In this document: positions 14,061-29,282 of the stretch, piece by piece
Numbering within the stretch: the stretch's first letter is position 1
How the letters are laid out: every line of letters starts with the position of its first letter
Assembly (NCBI GenBank): GCA_003344405.1
Contig: NOWV01000014.1
Coordinates: 62,001 to 126,000 of the forward strand
Length of the DNA: 64,000 bases
Source of the DNA: Trichoplax sp. H2
Lineage: Eukaryota
Direction: 5' to 3'
Notes under the pieces: model-generated
Database searches by the model: none
What the model saw: the letters and a program-made list of their open reading frames with translations, nothing else
Told to the model about the DNA's origin: nothing
Program-made: the position numbers and the translations under genes

Positions 14061-17000
14061 TGGTGATATAGGAATAAACCTAGTTATTTCAGGACAGCCT
14101 AATTTATCCAAGCTAGTTCACTTTGAATTTAGCCAATTTTAATTCTTCTATTTAATACTATCAAACATTTGCTACACTATATTGGCTGTAGGCTATTAAA
14201 ATATCGTCAATGGCATTATTATTATTGCTACCTATCAAGAAACTAGTGCTGGAGCGCTGGAAAGATACATCTAAATGACAGCGAGTTGTAGCAGTTTAAA
14301 TACTAATTACATTATGCTCATGCTAGTTGACGATGATATAATACTCAAGAATTATTTGTTGCACTTTGGTAACAATATAGTTATTCTCACTGTCAAAGAA
14401 TCATTATGTGATAGAGTAGTTGCGAAAGCTAAATAGCAGTTAGAATAAATGCTAAAAACTTATTGAAGGTTGAAATAAAGACAATAAAGAACAAGTATAA
14501 AAAATTTGTCTGATGAATAAAACCATCATCAATTAATATATAATCAATATTTTAAAGATTAAAACAAGATCACAACTGATACTTTCATCATCAACTAGAA
14601 AGAATGATTGAATAATACATATTGAATCATTTTCAATGAAATAAGATGGCTATAGTTAGAGTATTTACATTTATTAAGGTAAAAGAGCAAAATTAGTCTG
14701 ATCTAATACTGTCGCAAATAAGAGAATAACTTATGATTGCGATATTTAATGGTCAATTTTATGTCAATATCTTCAAAATGATATATTCGACAAAGCAATA
14801 AAATGATCAAAGTCAAGATTTTAACAATCAGAATAAATTAGATGAAAACTTGTAACGAGAACATCATTAGGGTATAAGCTGAAAATAAATCTTTAAAACT
14901 ATATCAAATTTTTATCAGGTCTTGACATTATTGAAACTGTAAAAGAATATTAAATGTTGATGGGTAAAAATTTTAATGGAATGATGGGATTAGCTTGTTT
15001 TAAAAATAAGAAGTTTTAATTTTTAATCTATTGGATAAGACTGTTAGAATGTTTAATATTATGTAGGTATATCAGTCAAGAACTCATAAGAGAAATTGGC
15101 TATAATTACTGAAACTCTTGTAATAATCCAATGATAAGAATTATTTTACTTCCACTATTCTATTATCCTAAGAGATGCAATTTTAGAAATGATTCTTGTT
15201 CATTTTACATCAGTCCGTGTAAACCTCGTCATAGTATATTTATCAGAAAATTAATTTTAACATCTAGACATACAGTAGATTGGCAATATAAGGAAGAAAA
15301 TTGAAGTTTTAGCAGCTGATTTCAAACCCCAATTCTTGGTGAAATTCGAATGTGTTTTAAAGTCAATAATTACAAATTACAGATGAAAGGTTAGCAATAA
15401 CTTACGATATCTCTGCAGAGTATTCCAATAACCAAGAAGATTTATTAGAATAGATTTGAATTGTCTGGTAAGAGAGAGCTTGATGGAAAGATTGACCAAT
15501 TAAACTAAATTGTGAAATCAATTTCGCAAGGATTCATCAATGCAACATGGAAAGGGAGAATCATTTTCCATTTACATACTATCTTATCCTAATCAATTAG
15601 AAATGATGATGAAAAAGTAGAGTAACTTACGATTGATCCAGGGGTTATTCAACTGAATAATCGATAGGAGGTAGGATATTTCAATCCGTTAAGATAGCTA
15701 AGAGAAGCGAGAAATAGAAAATAATCTGCAATGCAAAGGTGTTGCTACTGTCAACTGAATTTATTTGTATCGACAATAAGTCGTGGTTCCAAGTGTCTAA
15801 TAAAATTGTCGTTGTCGAATAAAGATTGCATCTATTGGACATGCATTATGTCAATAGATCAAAGTAATAAAGGATAATTGTTATTTATATTATTGTTAGT
15901 ATTCTTTGATTTACTTGTTATTTATTATCTTCTATGTTGATATCAACCTCTAATGTATATTTTGTGACTTTAGAAAGAGGTTAAAGGGGGTGGAGAAAGG
16001 TAACTCCTTATTCAACTTTTTTACTCACTTACTTTACACACTCTCATTCTACTTGTCTTTTGTACTATACTTATTTATATTCAGGTCTTTTTGATTGAAA
16101 TAATAATAGCATCTATTATTAACATCGATTCAATACAACAAATTATTTCAAATCAACATGATAACGAGCAGAAAAAAGACCAAGGAGGAGGGAGGTAAAA
16201 TGTCTTGCTTGTTTGTTGTTCTAGTCAACGAGAATCGTAAGTATAGAAATAGATGACAAGTAATTATCTATTCTATTTTATTATTTTGTTATTTCTAATT
16301 TCCTGCTAATGTATTCTTCATCTTGATCAGTTGTCAAATTCTAAATACAATAATAGCATTGAATTGTAACTGTACTAATGGAGAGAAATCTACTCTAAAA
16401 TACGTACTAAATATAGCCCAAATCAATGAAAAGAACCGGCATAGTCCAAAACAACAATATTTGCTTCCTGATCACGATCAGAACTTCTCTCATAAGGTTG
16501 AAAATTAGCCTTAAATTGCTTAAATTATCTTAGAATGAAATGTGGATATTAAAAATAAAGACGCATAAATTAATACAGAAGGAAAATAAAAAAACCAAGA
16601 CAGGATCCCTGTGATACCACGTCTAAGCAGTATCGGACGCGAACTCCAAAGAGCATCTTGCCATAGAAATTTATTTTCTGATTTCGATAACCTTGCTTAT
16701 AACTTGTCACCACCTCTTTTAACACCCCTCTTAGCCCCCCTTCTGCTTTAAATCCATAAATAAAATATTCCAGTTTTGAATAATTGTCATCGTCGACTCT
16801 ATATTAAACAATTTTTGTCAATTCTCTATAACACGTTAATCTATTTCTTTTCTTTCTCATTTAAGTTCCGTGGGCAGATATTTTGTATTAGTCAAATTTG
16901 GTCTATTATCACTATTTATACCGTCCTATTACTCTGGGCTAAATAATGCTGTAGTACCGGTATAGCATGATGGATTTAATAATTGTAAAATCGAATAAGT

Positions 17001-20000
17001 GATTAGCAAATAAAAAATTGCTCATATTTTAAATTACTATCTTCCAAATTCATTTATTATTCGATGTTTAACTTTAAGGGAAAGAGTAGAAATAGATTAT
17101 TCATCGGAATACGACTAAATAGAATCCTATTACTATAACTTATATATTTATATAATTTTTGCCTTTATATTTTAGCTATACGAGTATATCTCTTCATTAT
17201 TCATTTTTTATACTTTTTCACTTTTTCTTGGTAAGTACATAAATGTTAAAATCTCACTTTTTCTCTCCTTTTATGAAAAATGCACATTATATGCAATTGA
17301 AATATAAAAATACAGATAAATATGCTTGATTAGCTCATTATAATAGTGCAAATATATACAATATTTCCTTACATCTGTTTCACTCCTCAATCTACTGCAT
17401 ATATCAGATATATACGTACATATTTATAGTATGTATTATATAAAAATCTTTAAGCTGCTCTAGAAATAATTTTAAGAGCAAAGATTACGACAAAAAGGAT
17501 AATAATATAGTAATAATAGCTATTAACTCATCGACGTAATTACTCTACGGGCTATTACTATTTAGAATAAAACGGCAACTCGTAAACGAGGTAGTTTTAC
17601 TGCAATATAATAATGATTCTATGGCTTTCGCTTCAATATCAAATTTCAACTGCAAAGAATTCTTTCATGCATATATGTGCTAAAAGCAAAATAAATTCTG
17701 GATATGGAAATCAAATATCGATTCAAATATTATAGCGAAATAGTATCGCGAAGGTCAGAATGTTCAAATAACCACACCTTATACTGCCACATTATGCGTT
17801 ATAAATTCCAATATAATATTTTTTAAGCTATTCTGTAGTATTCTAACACCGTTCTGCTATTAAGAAATTCCTTACTGTCCATGTTCTATTTGTATGGTAT
17901 GCTATACAACAAATGAAATAGCTTAGCTCAATCTTGTAATAATTATAATCAACGAACAGCAGAAACAAATAAAATTAAGCAGACAGGCCTAACAAAACTT
18001 TAATTAGCCTTCAAATTTAATGCCTCCATTAATAATAGTCACAAGAAGGATAATATTTATTTGGTATTTCTGTTATCATTTGGATTATTTTGGGCGTAAA
18101 TCATTTCGTACTGGACACTTGTATATTACTTGCATTAGATAAATCAAATAAATCCTTGACGATCCTAAGAAATAAAAAAGACGTACAACATATGCAGTAA
18201 TTCAATATGTATTTCAATATGTTATGCTTAATCTTACAAATTATTGAATCTTAATACTTAGATTATTATAAATAAAAAGCTTAATGAGATCGAAAGGGAA
18301 ATTAAAACACAATTAGTCAATTATGATAGTTCTTTAATGAACGATGATTGTAATACAATTATTTCTGTACATCATACTGTTGCAATCTTTTTAGTAAATT
18401 TGTCTGTATCTTTGTCGATTTTTCTGTCAAATATCCTTATAATATGCAAAATATGAATATAGCAGAAATAAAAATAGGTTTTTATTCTTAGCTATAGTTA
18501 AATTAAAATTAATTAACCTAAAAAATAGCGTCATATTGAAATAAGAATTCGGATGCAACAAAACACCTATGTAACTTGTAAATGCCCCACTGACTGTTTC
18601 CTTTCGTTTATCCACCTTAATTTACGTCTGTACTAAAATAATCCTAAATATAATCAATTCTATTGCCTATATTAAGTTACGATAAAAGATAGATGCAACA
18701 ATGGCTAAAATTTCTAGAAAATTTGCCAACAACCAGTATTATACGAAATTTTTAAACTAAGATTTCTTTTAAAGTAACTCTACTGAATCGATTCCGTTAT
18801 ATATTGACTAGACTTCATATAAGTATAGATTACTTTAAACAAAATATCAATCTGCGAATAGCTGACTGATAAAGTTTATAGCAGGACCGCCATCAAATCA
18901 TTTCAATGTAAGCTATGCTTAAAACAATAAAATAAAGCGTAGCAGTTAATAAACCTTCCTTTCATCGTTATACGGAAATCTATGATAATAGTATATAATA
19001 ATGATCAATAAGTTGATTCATTTAATGATTTCTTAATCCATATATGGCTATTGATGATGTATGATTACGGATTAATAAATGATCTTTTAAAAATTAGATA
19101 TCTGCTATAAAATAGGCTTAGTTATATAATTATTATCATCATTTCCACCTAACAGAAATATTCAATATCTACATTTGTAAGGTAATGTCGTTATTAAAGT
19201 TAATGCTAGTTTAGAATTTATTCAGTTATAACATAAATATTAATAAATTAGTTTGATTAATGATGAAAATAATATATTTAATGATCATCGTTGTTTTTCC
19301 CTTCATCTAACGTAAAATTATTCAAGGTTATAAAAAATTTCAAATAAACAAAGTCTAATCTATCCTAGCTCTGAATCGTTGTTCAATATTGACTTAGATT
19401 TATTTTCTTTTTATCACTTTTCTAATCAGCATGAATCTTTTATTGAATGCTTAATTTGACGTCAATACAGTCAATCTTAAGAATTATTCTAATGTCATTC
19501 TGTCATGATTCATTTTATTATTGATCGTCAACAATAAATTTACTATCAATGGCTGCGATTGAAACAGTAGCCTGACTTTTTGTATTGACATTTCTTTCTA
19601 TTTCCAACTTTTAACTGTCTATTTCAATCCTTCATTTTCTTTCTTACGATCGTTTTAAGTCAAAACCGTCATTAGTAAGATAGCTGATTATTATTGATAT
19701 TTTTTAATAATCGACATCTACTCAATTGCTTTGGTACTACGTATCGAAGAGACTATAGGATACAACTTATTCGTCAAAATACAGTAGTATTTATCTATCC
19801 ATCAATCAATCATGGATTACCGTGCAAAATCACCATAATAATATTTAATCATGGCTATGACTACATTTCTACGGTCTTTCACAAATGTTGATTAATTATT
19901 ATCATTCCATTGCCCAATTACCATGACAACTACTATATAATAGAGATCAAGTATAATTATATTCCATTACTATTGACGAAATTCGTTACATCATTTCAAT

Positions 20001-23000
20001 GCTACGTATGCATTCAAATAACATTTAACCTTGTTCTTCTATCGTGCAAACTCAAGATGAGAATGAATCATGATGATAGCACTAATAAACACGCATTGGG
20101 AATGCAAACTGATCATATCATCCATTTCAAATAGAATTAAAATACTGTCTCCAAATATGATCGATTTGATAGCAGTTATTTTATTATTGAAGCATCAATT
20201 CATTCAAGATAATAATAAAGAATGATGCACGAAACGATTCTCATCTATGTGGGGATTTTAGTGCAGAGAGCTATATAATCAAACATAAAAGAGATATAAA
20301 TATCAATTATGCAGCCATAACTTATTAAGATTGATTGCAACTGATCAACGGGAGCTTATTGTATCATGGTTGTACTTTAATCAATATTGCATTTCCTTCT
20401 TTTTACATAATTTCTAGCCATGATTATGATGTCTCATTATACTCCTTATCATTATCGTCGGTGTGATAAAAGCGTAAGAAAATTTTTAGTTTATACGATG
20501 GATAGATAGCCAAAGAATATGTAGCAATATAGGCTGCCTAACATTATTAAATATTTTTCAATCATACATTAATAATATATGCAACGTAAATCAATCGATT
20601 CTTATTAGCCCAATTAAAGAAGCCATAGAAGAAAATAAAATAACGCTATGCCATTTTTATTCTATTCTAGAAGCATGCACGAACATTTACTTTAAATTCA
20701 TTTATAATCATCATCACTAATAATCGTATTAGATTGCTATTCACAGTCTCATTCCTGTACCATTTACAACATACGATTCCATTACCCAAGTGATTATTAA
20801 TGTAACACTACATTAGCACGAGCATTTCAAAATATAACGGTCTAGCCAGATAACGGAATAGATAAATATTTCTAATACTAATATATTGCTTCCTGTCATC
20901 AAGCTATGCTATAAAATAGAATACCACTTACAAAAAACAATCTTTTGATTTCTTATTCAATTGTCACATGTTTAGTTATGTCTAGTAATAATTTTTAATG
21001 TTCATCAAGCATAGGATAGATTATAAATACGTTTCATTTATTGAAATATATTATTTTTTATAGTCTCTAATTTTGTTTCTTCATAAAATTCTATTAAAAA
21101 TTAAGTTTAAGAAAATTTGCAAAAGAATGTGATTGCCCATAAATATCTTAACTTTGCCAACCTCAATGTCAGCTTATAATCTAATTAATAATGATCTTCA
21201 CTACAGACGATAATTGGCGATTATTTTTAAGTTGAAAAAAAGATTGACAATAGAACGGAGCTAATTGTTAGAAAATCAAACAATCGTTCCAATTTGCCAT
21301 TATTATCAATCATCTCTGATGATTAACATGCCAAAGGATAATTTAGAATTCAAGCTATTTATTGGAATTTTAAATTGTCTTCAAATTATATCGTGGCACA
21401 AATTGAATGTCCTTTATGCAAAGCTAAAAGGGAAAATTCTTGAATCTATAATCTGGTTTATGATTTTTGATGTCGATCGAAAAATAGGATTTATTATAAT
21501 TAATTAGATTTATTAATTATTAATAATTCGCTTTTCCTATTATTAATGATACTTTTAATCCTTCATAGCAATACGAGTTTTAATTATTTCCTAGCGTTTT
21601 ACTTTACCACATTATTGAATTTTTACGATGATTAAAGAGGCATTCACAAGTTAATCAACTTCTGCGCTCAATTGTCAGCTGTCTTGACTGATGCTAGTCA
21701 CAGCCGCCAGCCTTACATTTAACAACTAACAACTCGATCAAGTTACAATTAAAATTATGAATCAATTATCTATGTCTAATTTTCTCATCACTGAATAGGC
21801 TTTTATAACTAGCAATCATCTTCACAACAATGTCCAAAACTATTATCCTTTAGATTGACGTGAAGTGTCAACAAAGTTTGCCGAAGTTCTAATAAAGTTT
21901 TAATAAATGATCAATATTAGCATTTGTCATCATCAAGAAAATTAAATTACAGAATATCGTCTATAAATATATCCAGTTTATTATCGTTTAAGCTAACATC
22001 TTAAGTAAATAAACCCAATCAGATAGAATAATGATGAATATTGAGCTCTTAATTAATCAACTTTGTAATACCTCCAATCAATAATCTCGAAAAAATCGCT
22101 ACAAGAGCCATTCTTGATTAAGCACCAGAATCCGTTTGCCAATTGAACTAAAAAGGTCTAACATTTTCTGCTTATTTCCTTATTTTAATTAAAATTTATA
22201 AGTATCAGTCAAGTTATTACTTGCATTAGTGTGATTGGTCAAGCTATCATGTTTACAAGCACTTTCTATTCACTTAGCAAACACCAATGTATGGCCTCTT
22301 TCTACGTATTATACTGTATGTATATATATAAAAGAGACAAAACAATAAAAATATATGTGTAAAGTCAAATTTTGATCATACGATCCTAAATTGATTTAAG
22401 GCTTGTATAGTCCAAAGCACAGTTCGTAGTTGTTTAATGAATTAGTAATTATTATCACGATGGCTGACGAACGTGGTCTGACACATACTATACTATGGCA
22501 CTACAATGTAGCAACTAAAAACTAATGACTAAAGACTCGTATATTTATCAAAAATAAAAATAAAAAAAAAATTATGGGCGTTGCAAATATTAAACTAGTA
22601 CGTACAATCATTTATCGAAAAGTGCTAACAAGCCAGACCTGGATTCATAAACACGTACTAGAGACTTACTAGATACCCTGTACGAGTACGCAGCAAAAGG
22701 CAAAAATTATTAACTAACATCTATGAACATTCATTAGAAATGCTAAATAATATAAAGTAATTATCTCATTCACTTTAATATGCGTGAATTAAAGTTAAGC
22801 ACGTTAGACTTAATTTCTACAAAAATTAATAATATATCATTATTTAATCTATCGTTATATTTTAGCAATGATTATAATTCGACTAGTTATCATGGTAAAT
22901 GAATCTATCAATCAATATTACACTTATTTCTTTCTTTGAAAAAGTGACTGATGATCCAATACGAATTGTACCTGTCAACATATATAACATATGAATATAA

Positions 23001-23609
23001 GACCGTCTACTATTGGTACGGATAGGTAATACACTCTATCTTTCGCTAAAGTACTAGATACATATATATATGCCTACAATAAAAGTCAATATTATATGTT
23101 CGCGTATAAAAAAATATCTATATATAACCATTGTTACATGTAGCCTCTGTGCAGAATCGTGCGGTATGAACTGTAGGTGAGTAGGTATATAAAGTTTGTA
23201 AAATGACCGACTTCGCATACGGTCACGTTCAGATACACTTGTTAAAGACTTGGCAGCCACAAATAACTCCACTTAAGTGTACATATCTTATCTTGCTATT
23301 TTTATAATTTAGGTCAATGCTTGATTTTAGCCTATTATTCAACTATATATACAGTTGCTGACATCCTATCTATATGGTAAACCTTTAATACACTTTACAT
23401 GCGCTCACTATAGTAAGCTTAGCACGCGTATATAGATAAATGTGAATTCCAGCAAATACTTCCATATGTGCTCTAGCTAATTGATATTCTGCTACTAAAT
23501 TTCGCAGATGTTGTTTCATCAGCTACTTATACTTCTTAAATATGTAAATTTCATTGCAATTGCACGTAGTAAATACCTCTTGAAACACTAACTATAATAA
23601 GGTAGGCAA

Positions 23610-24600
23610 TTATGTTACTGTTATATAACTTAGTATTGGATTGTACATTATCAGTCGTGTTTAGTATGATGTACGTTAGTTTAGCTTTCTATATTTATCT
23701 AAAGCCATAGACTGTAACAGGAAATTCTTTATTAAGTATAAATGACCATATACAGTAGAATGTTCAGCCTTTGCCGTTACTAGAGGTAAGTATGTAACTC
23801 ATATAGTAGGAGATGGTTAATTCATCGTACTTTGGCTGGTAGAAATAAAGTCTACGTCAGTGCTGTAACTATTACCATATTAATTTATAGATGGTCCACT
23901 GCAAAGTATTTGCAGTACCTTGAGTTTAGTACTTGAGCTAAATACTTAATTGAGCATAGAATTATTAATATGCACTACCGTAGGCTATAATACTTGCGTC
24001 GTTTAATGCGATTAGTTGCTCGTACCCCGGCAAAATATGGTAATTCAATGCCTGTGCTTAACGTGTAGAAGCGTAATAATGTTACTACAATTACTAAATA
24101 GGTCATGCGCTAGGATTTATAAGCGTATGCAACGAGTAGATCGAGAGTTCTTCTTGTTCATAGTTTGTTGTAAATACAGTTACGGTTGGTTTTATTGTAA
24201 TAAAGCTTAATTCGGGTTTTAAATCCAGTTAGACTGATTTATTGTGGACCCTTAAAAAATCGACTTATTACAGTATTGTTACAAATAATAATCTGAACGT
24301 ATGTAAAATTAGGTAGAACTAGTAGACCCTCGCTCGTTATACTTCGCTCACTATACTCATTGTTGCTATGTTGATTTCAGCTACTAACGCCACAAAAGTA
24401 CATAAGTAGGCAACTTTAGATCGTTCAGTAGTTATAACTAAAAGTATTTATAGCAGTTATTTTCGGCTAGAGTAGAGCTGTATGCAGATAATCTTTGTCT
24501 AGAGGTCTAATAAGTTCTAATTTTCCAAAAATTTTTGAGATTTGACGATCAATTAGATCACAATGACTAATTTTAATATATTCCTAAAGCTATTCAAACG
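23610..24600. mobile_element. Old dispersed repeat (probable non-autonomous transposon remnant), copy 1, carrying internal insertions
   Basis: Collinear similarity to 50750-51345, e.g. atggttaattcat[c/t]gtactttggctggt and ttcggctagagtagagct. No ORF and no clear termini; boundaries approximate. Confidence 0.75.
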
Positions 24601-27600
24601 GTAAGACGACTGCTTAGCATGAATTTAAACTCGTATATTGCAATGAACTTAAAATTGCAAATTTATAGGCATACCTAATTTGGCAAATAAGTAATTTATG
24701 TATCATACTACATTACTGGTTACAATAGCACATTTAACGTAAAGCAAAGTAACATATGGGACAACAAAGAAGTAAACTTAGCAGACCCGTTGTATTGCCA
24801 TCGTGGTGCCTTTAATTAGGCAATAAAGCGTTTTATGTGAGGCCTAAAACTGATACTAATACGACTATGCGACTCCCTACGAAGCAAGAAACGGAGGTGT
24901 AAGCCAGTATGGAGAGAAATTTGTATAAGTAAAAGATTGATCATTACTAATGCAGTATTATTGATTACTAATATTTGGAAATATCTTCATTTATATTTGT
25001 ATCGGATCAATTTCTCCCTATTTACTTAGGATATTCCTATCTCTTTACATTAATTCCTTATGGTAAGAATTATTTTTTTAATAACCATAAAGGTGCGAAT
25101 TTCCTTTATACAAATACTACGAAACCCATCTGTAAATAAACCAGGCTAAGAATACTTAATTAAATGATACTAGTCCTATAACTGGTCGCATTATGCTACT
25201 CTTTAATGCCATCCTAAATATGTATAGAGCCATTAAAGTGCCTAAATCAATCTCTAGAATCGTTGAAAGACGAAATCAGGTTGATATAGCATTATGAAAT
25301 ATGGTATAAATTATATAAGACACCTTGCTTGTCTTAGCCCAAGGCTGTTAATAAAGTGATTAAAATGTTTTTCCCATCAGATATATAGCCATCATAATAC
25401 CTTAAGATTGAAGAATATTCGTGAATAAGAGCTTTCTTCTACTAGAGCAACAGTAAAATAAACTAATTGTCGTAAATGGATTCCATCTTTGAGTAAACTT
25501 CCATCGTTGCCTAATTTGAATTGAACTTGCTGACATAAAATAAAATACTGTCATTAAGTACAGTTTGATTGTTAGGATTCAATTTCTCGAAAAAGGAATT
25601 GTTAACGAACAGATTTAACTTCAAAATTGGGAAGTTCATTTAAGAAAGTAAATTATCAATCATACTATGCCGTTTTTGATAGGATAACATAATCTGTCAA
25701 TAATTGCATAAATGGTGAAATTAAATCGTCCTATATAGAAATGGACGTTATTGTCTCCAATTTAATCAAGATCGATTAAAAGGAGGCGGAAAATTCTTAT
25801 TGAATCAAAGCAGTCGTCAATTTGAGGTTAATGTCAACAGCATAGCGTGAAATAAGAAAGAATTAATGCTAAATAGGAAAAGAGGAAGTCATCCAGACAA
25901 TGCTGAGAGTTCATGTTAATAACTGTACTTGCAGTTACTATCATAAATGGAAAGAATGCTCGTCTTAAGACTACTCGAATGCGTCCATGTTAAAGTTTAC
26001 CTAGTATTAAGTAAGATGATATGCTAATTAATGAAAAAGATCTTTATTAACTACTCTGATTTCTATCATATAGATAACAGACGGCTTTCAAAATGAACTA
26101 CTGCAAAGAAATTCCTAAACTAAATTCTAATTAATTAAATCATCTCATTTTTCTCAATTAATAAAAATATTTACGGACAAGACCAACCTCGTCAATATCC
26201 TAAATTTAGGCATATTACAATAATTTTTTGTGCGATATTGCAAGCATGTCAAAGTATCCGTTTCATTTTTTTGTGGCCTTTACTACACGATACCGTTTAC
26301 TTTATCCAAATTACCAACTCGAATACGATAAAAATTCTGCTAGCAACACGAAAATTTTCTTCCGTATTTAAGTATCGCCAGGCCTAATGTCTACTCTTAT
26401 GAACTACCGTATCCATTACAGTTACATAACAACATCTTCATTTCTTAAGTTATTTAAACTCCAGATATAAGTTATTTAAATTATAAATCCTATTATCATT
26501 AATGAAATAGGATATTTAAAGCAATATTATGAATAGATAATTCACGTTACAAGTACTAAGACTCATTTAATTCATTGCTAATAAGATAGAATGGGTGATG
26601 GTAGCATGATTATTGTATTCCTAAATTAATTTTGCAAATTACCAGGCTAAATTTCACTCTGCTTTCATCATTTTAGCAAAAGTACCATTCATTTCTTTAA
26701 TGTAAACGACTTTCTTCCGATAAATTCTAACTAAAATTATATCCTTTCATCCCCAGCTTGTCAAATTAATCATTTAAAAATTACAATGACTGGGATAATC
26801 ACAGATTGTTCATGTGTTATGGATAGACTAGCATAAAATTTAATTACCTATCATTTTAATATCTCTCTGGATTACATTACTCGCGTAATTTATTAGCAGC
26901 AATGAATTATTCGATACTCACTTAAAGTTTTATGATTCCATCTCAAACAGATATTAACGTCGTTTAGTATTGTAGTCTTATGGAAATCGAAATGGATGAG
27001 CAAGACAGAAATTACAAACAATTCGATAAAATAGATATGAAAGAATATGAATCACAAATTAGATAATCAATTCTCACTATGATAAATTCTAAGACTTTGA
27101 TTGACAGTAATAGTGTGATTACTTTCAATGAACGGAAAGTAAAATATAAGCAACAAGACTTCCTGAGCAAATAAAAAGTTGTTGAATTAAAGATCCCTTT
27201 GATCAATTTTCTGGTAAATTAATTAAGATTGCATCGAAATAAATTAAAAGTCTCCTTCGTCAGTTGTTACGTATATTCTGATTTACGATGTTCGAAAACA
27301 GATAATATGAGCAGCAATCACTATTTAATAATGATAACCGAACAAGTTATAGATTTTGTTATGTTATATTTGAAATTTGCTGATATTCGTTAAGAATAAA
27401 TCATAACATATAGTAATGAGCAGGTAACAAAATCAACTATGGTCTAGGCTATATTACAATTGGTAAACAGTATAATAATAGCTAAGGCAAAGAATTGCTC
27501 ATTTACACGAAGAAACTAGTGCTAATATGAAAATCATTGAAATACAGCTTAGCTATTATTGCCAATATTAAGCCCAAAAGTATTATTGTAACTAGTCTCG

Positions 27601-27850
27601 ACATACTATTTTATCCTTTAAAACATTTCGTCTTAGAATAAGACGTGATTGAGAACAACAGAAATGGATCTATTCTAATATAAAAGAAGTTCCGCTAAAA
27701 AAATTTTTAGTAGATAGATTATTGCTACTATTAACACAGCGTCTAGAAGCTAAAAATATAAAGTTGTTAGTCTTTGCCATATTTATACTTATTATGGTAT
27801 CGGCTGAACTTCACTTAGATTATGAACTCGGTTTATTTCTTCTTAATCAG

Positions 27851-28156
27851 AATGAAAGCTGCTATTTCGTACAAATTTTGATGAGTGCCTAGGTTAGTCA
27901 ACGATATTTAGAGCAAAGGCACCAGTCCGTATCCTCTGTGCTATTTATTATTTCATGGCAAAAATTGTAGCGACTGCATTTAGATTAAGAATTTTGGCTA
28001 CGTCTCCTCAAGGAATCTGGATGAAAGCTGTTATTTCGTACAAATTTCGATAAGTAGCTGAGTAAGCCAATGATAGTTAGAGGCTTAGAGCAGATACGCC
28101 TAGTCTATATCTTGTGTGCCTTTTATTTCTTGGCAAACTTACGATAGCCACAGTAC
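27851..28156. repeat. Diverged two-copy tandem duplication, period ~170 bp
   Basis: atgaaagctg[c/t]tatttcgtacaaattt at 27852 and 28021, with collinear downstream similarity (ttagagca, tatttc.tggcaaa). Confidence 0.85.
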
Positions 28157-29282
28157 TACAGACTATAAGTTTTATTGGTTAGAATCTGTATAAGGACAGC
28201 TATATTCAGTTATGACAACCGATTAGAGAATAAGTGAGGGTTAGTACGAGTTTTAATAACGCTATATAAGGCGATATTTACGTTCTCTATGAGGATTCCT
28301 ACGGTATTTAAGCTTGCTATCTAATTCATAGAAAAGGCTACATAGCACGAGTATAGTGATTTTAATAGATCGGTGTACAAGAAGTTTTACTGTATCTCAT
28401 CACTACGGTACCATATCAACGCAGAGTTATTTGGAATTTGACCTTGGTACTTTCTGAATTTTAATAAGAAAGGGGAAATTTACCCGTTCCTCTTTCTATT
28501 CTTCGAATGAAGTGAGATTACTATCAGCGATTAATAAGGTTAAGTAAAAGTTACCTCAAATGCAGGTATTCATATTTCAATCAAGAAGTTCCGCCTTGCC
28601 AAGAATGGATTCACATCTCTTCCAAGTCGACTTTATTCTTAAGTTACAAGTAATCAAATATGTAATATCCAATAATATTATCAATGTCAGTAATAGTCTT
28701 TAAAAATGATTAAAGCGAACGATAACTGAAATAAAAAGACATTTTTCATGAGATTTCGATTCAATAAGGATTTTATTTGTGATTGGATTCACATAGACTC
28801 TCATATCGGCAACAATAGTCATGATTGATAAATCACAGCTGGCTAGCTTGATTCTTAGTTGACGGTTTTTAAGCTCTTGCAAGCCATTGATAACTTTATA
28901 AAGTTGTTATACAGTAAATATCTCCTAGCGGAATTGCATCTACAGCAGCTATGATGGCGGAAATACGTAATGATATATCCATTTTTTATTCTTAATCTCT
29001 TGACTTGCAGCTGCTTTATCGATTCTTTACCGTTAGTAATTGTTAACAGCTGGAGTTTAGAACAAGAAAATTTAACTGTGAATCTGAGGTTACAATTATC
29101 CTCCGCGATATTTGCCTAAGATAATGTAATCAGTTCTATAGGGTCTTTAGGCATATATAATATTTTTTAGAGATTGTTAATCATCTTGACTTCGGAAGCA
29201 TAAACGTTTCATGAAAATTTTGCGCCAACATGATATGAATTAATTGTATTGCAAAGACCTACTGTTAGTAATTTTATACCTG

